Source: Candidatus Multivorans sp. (GTDB taxonomy: Bacteria; Acidobacteriota; Thermoanaerobaculia; Multivoradales; Multivoraceae). Taken from it: DNA of 64,000 nt. Under the pieces are notes generated by a model. The model worked only from the letters and a program-made list of their open reading frames with translations, made no database searches and was not told the origin of the DNA. A program made the position numbers and the translations under genes. Where the stretch lies: the NCBI GenBank assembly GCA_965247095.1, contig OZ251997.1:4553210-4617209 (forward strand), read 5' to 3'. Of the stretch, positions 61,892-64,000 are shown in pieces; position 1 is the first letter of the stretch; each line of letters starts with the position of its first letter.

Positions 61892-62440
61892 CTATTGACC
61901 CTCTCCGCCAGACGACCGCAGGTGCGGTTCTAGCAGGTTGCCCCACTGGTCGGCGTATGGGTGTACGCGGTCGACCTCGACCTCGCCGCGGTAGACGGGC
62001 CTGCCCGAGTTGGCCCACTCGAAGATCGAGCCTTCGAGGTTCCAGACCCGGCCGCCGATCTCCGGGTCATTCAACTGGATCAGGTCGGCGACGGCGGCCG
62101 ACGAACGGTAGCCCACGGAGCAGTAGAGGATGATCGGGCGGTCGGGCTCTGAAGCCGCTACGAGTTCGGCGATGTCGGCGCCCTGGGCATGGATTGCGCC
62201 GGGGAGATGGCTGACGTCGTACTCGAACGGCTCGCGGACGTCGATCACGAGGGGCGGGGGCTCGTCGTCGAGCCTTCGGTCGAGTTCCTCGACGCTCATC
62301 TGGGGCACGCCGGGGAAACTGGCGCGGACCAGGGCCCTGAGTTGGGACATGCTTGGCCCGCCGCAGGCTGCCGCGAGCATCGCGGCGACCAGCGATGCAG
62401 CGAGCCGGGCTCGGTTCCTGGATGCGCGCGCTGTCGTCAC
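61892..62440 (-). CDS. Rhodanese-like lipoprotein
   Basis: LAAAC lipobox; IDVREP.EY..SHLPGA, YCSVGYRS, NLEGSIFEW. Confidence 0.88.
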   Translation of the reverse strand: MTTARASRNRARLAASLVAAMLAAACGGPSMSQLRALVRASFPGVPQMSVEELDRRLDDEPPPLVIDVREPFEYDVSHLPGAIHAQGADIAELVAASEPDRPIILYCSVGYRSSAAVADLIQLNDPEIGGRVWNLEGSIFEWANSGRPVYRGEVEVDRVHPYADQWGNLLEPHLRSSGGEGQ

Positions 62441-64000
62441 TCGCCGCCGCCGGCGCCGGTGGCTTCGCTGGCCGTGGCTGTTCCCGCCGGCGTTGCCAGC
62501 ATCTTGATCTCGAACGGCCGTTCCCGGTCGGCGCCGATGGCGATCGTTCCTTCAAGCCGCCCCTCGGCGTCGAGCTGGCCTTCGATCACGGTGGTGATCG
62601 CCGATGCCTCCGGGGTCGGGAACTGAGTGTTCACGCGGAGGCGATTGCCGGACCAGGCGAAATCGTCCAGGGTGATCGTGAACATCTGCAGGCCGCTGAC
62701 GAAGTAGAGGATGCCTTCGCCTTCGTGCGGTGCGTGGAAAGCGATCGGCATAAAGCTATCGACCAGGAAGGATGTGCCCCTGGGGTGCGGCGCAATCAGA
62801 TCAGCCAGCTTGTCGAGGTTCTTCTTCGGCCGATGATAGCCGCCCTCCTTGCGGACGATCTCCATGAAGCCGACGAACATCTCGTTGAACACGTTGCCCC
62901 GGTAGATGATCTCTCGGGTCGGATCGGGGTTGGCGGGGTTCTCCTTCGAGTTGTCCCACACGGCGGTGACCTCGACCCGGCTGCCGGCCGGCAGATCGAT
63001 CGGCTCAGTCGGGTAGTAGAGCCACTGCCAGTTGTAGTTGTACTTCGGCACGTCGAGCAGGGTCTCGGTGGAGCCGTCGGGATAAACGAGGCGGTAGGTC
63101 ATCGCCTTGCCGCGAACGTGCATGTGGGGGCTGAAGGCGAGGATCTGCATGTCCTCGTCCGGTACGAAGAAGCCCTCCTCCGCGTGGTGGTCGGCGCCGG
63201 GCGGAATCCGGATGCCGGTGTTGGCTACCGAGACAGTCGCCACTTCGCGCTCGAGCTCGCCTTCTCCGAAGTAGATGCCGATTCGGGTCTGGTCCGATGT
63301 CGCCTCGCCGAACGGGTGGTAGTGGGAGTCGACCGTGATCGTCGTGTTCGGGCCGAGGACGCGGCCGGTGCCCTCGGGAAAGACGAAGGGCGGCATGCCC
63401 GCGGTCCAGATGCCGAACACGCCGCTGCCGCCCGCGCCGTGGCTCACCCGGTCGCCGGAGCCGATCTGGCCGCCGCTCTGCCGCCTCGGCGTGGTGTAGG
63501 TGGTCTGAACGTGGTGCGTGGCGCGCCGGTCGCCGGGCATGAACTCGATCGCCCGCACCCAGCGCTGCTCGGGAAGATCAAGCACGATCCGCTGCTTGGG
63601 GAAGATGTCCTCGCCTTCGGCCGGCACCTCGACCCGGTCGAGGGTGAGCACGTAGTCCGGTTCACCCAGCGTCCAGCCCTCGGAGAAGGTGGGGGTCGGC
63701 GGCAGGTCCGTGGGATCGCCTTCGGGCGCGCCGCCAGCAGCCCAGGCGGTGATCGTCGCGATCTGCTTGGCGGAGAGGGAGAGGTCGTTGCGGAACACGG
63801 CGCGCTCCGATTCGCCGCTCCAGGGCGGCATGTCGCGGTTCTCGACCGCGCGCGCCATGCCGCGCGCCCAGGGCCGCGCATGGCGGTAGCTGAGCAGGGA
63901 CATCGGCGCGGCTTGGTTCGGGCGGTGGCACTGGACGCATTTCTCGAACAGGATGGGCGCCACGTCGCGGCTGAAGGTGGGGGTCTCGGCTGCGCTGACA
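62437..64000 (-). CDS. c-type heme plus copper monooxygenase-like (PHM/DBH-fold) protein, partial
   Basis: TFSRDVAPIL..CVQCH, MPPW, HH, HYH, PHMH.RG, YNYNWQ..Y, EM; the frame runs off the window end. Confidence 0.75.
   Translation of the reverse strand, partial: VSAAETPTFSRDVAPILFEKCVQCHRPNQAAPMSLLSYRHARPWARGMARAVENRDMPPWSGESERAVFRNDLSLSAKQIATITAWAAGGAPEGDPTDLPPTPTFSEGWTLGEPDYVLTLDRVEVPAEGEDIFPKQRIVLDLPEQRWVRAIEFMPGDRRATHHVQTTYTTPRRQSGGQIGSGDRVSHGAGGSGVFGIWTAGMPPFVFPEGTGRVLGPNTTITVDSHYHPFGEATSDQTRIGIYFGEGELEREVATVSVANTGIRIPPGADHHAEEGFFVPDEDMQILAFSPHMHVRGKAMTYRLVYPDGSTETLLDVPKYNYNWQWLYYPTEPIDLPAGSRVEVTAVWDNSKENPANPDPTREIIYRGNVFNEMFVGFMEIVRKEGGYHRPKKNLDKLADLIAPHPRGTSFLVDSFMPIAFHAPHEGEGILYFVSGLQMFTITLDDFAWSGNRLRVNTQFPTPEASAITTVIEGQLDAEGRLEGTIAIGADRERPFEIKMLATPAGTATASEATGAGGGE

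Overview
High-GC bacterial window. The gene content (VWFA-related protein, tricorn protease, DUF2911, TonB receptors) suggests an Acidobacteriota-like organism; this is an inference. A metabolic backbone (IclR-HTH/GcvT fusion plus two phytoene-dehydrogenase-like oxidoreductases, ppk2, lon, fabH, CoA-transferase, BVMO, SDR, tricorn, two Nramp-like transporters, copCD) is interleaved with accessory patches. These are a type II R-M pair, a DUF222-HNH/HEPN/RusA-like island, a complete type I R-M operon, and a right-hand hotspot with IS4, SIR2, IS630 and IS256/DUF4143 remnants. The ORF track misses several things. (1) A UGA-recoded ArsC-family selenoprotein with a SECIS-like hairpin. (2) Cargo blocks bracketed by diverged fragments of the adjacent backbone gene: two stacked copD 3' ends, and a VOC fragment flanking the type I R-M island, with mostly synonymous differences that suggest serial anchor-gene replacement insertions. 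(3) Repeated loss of toxin/effector halves (HicA, DUF3368, AlbA_2 stubs, frameshifted REase) while antitoxins and the MTase stay. (4) In-frame palindrome arrays inside two nuclease genes. (5) A 25-bp bidirectional leaderless promoter. (6) A REP-like family, with one copy inside a coding sequence. Family names come from motif recognition by eye; no HMM or database search was run.
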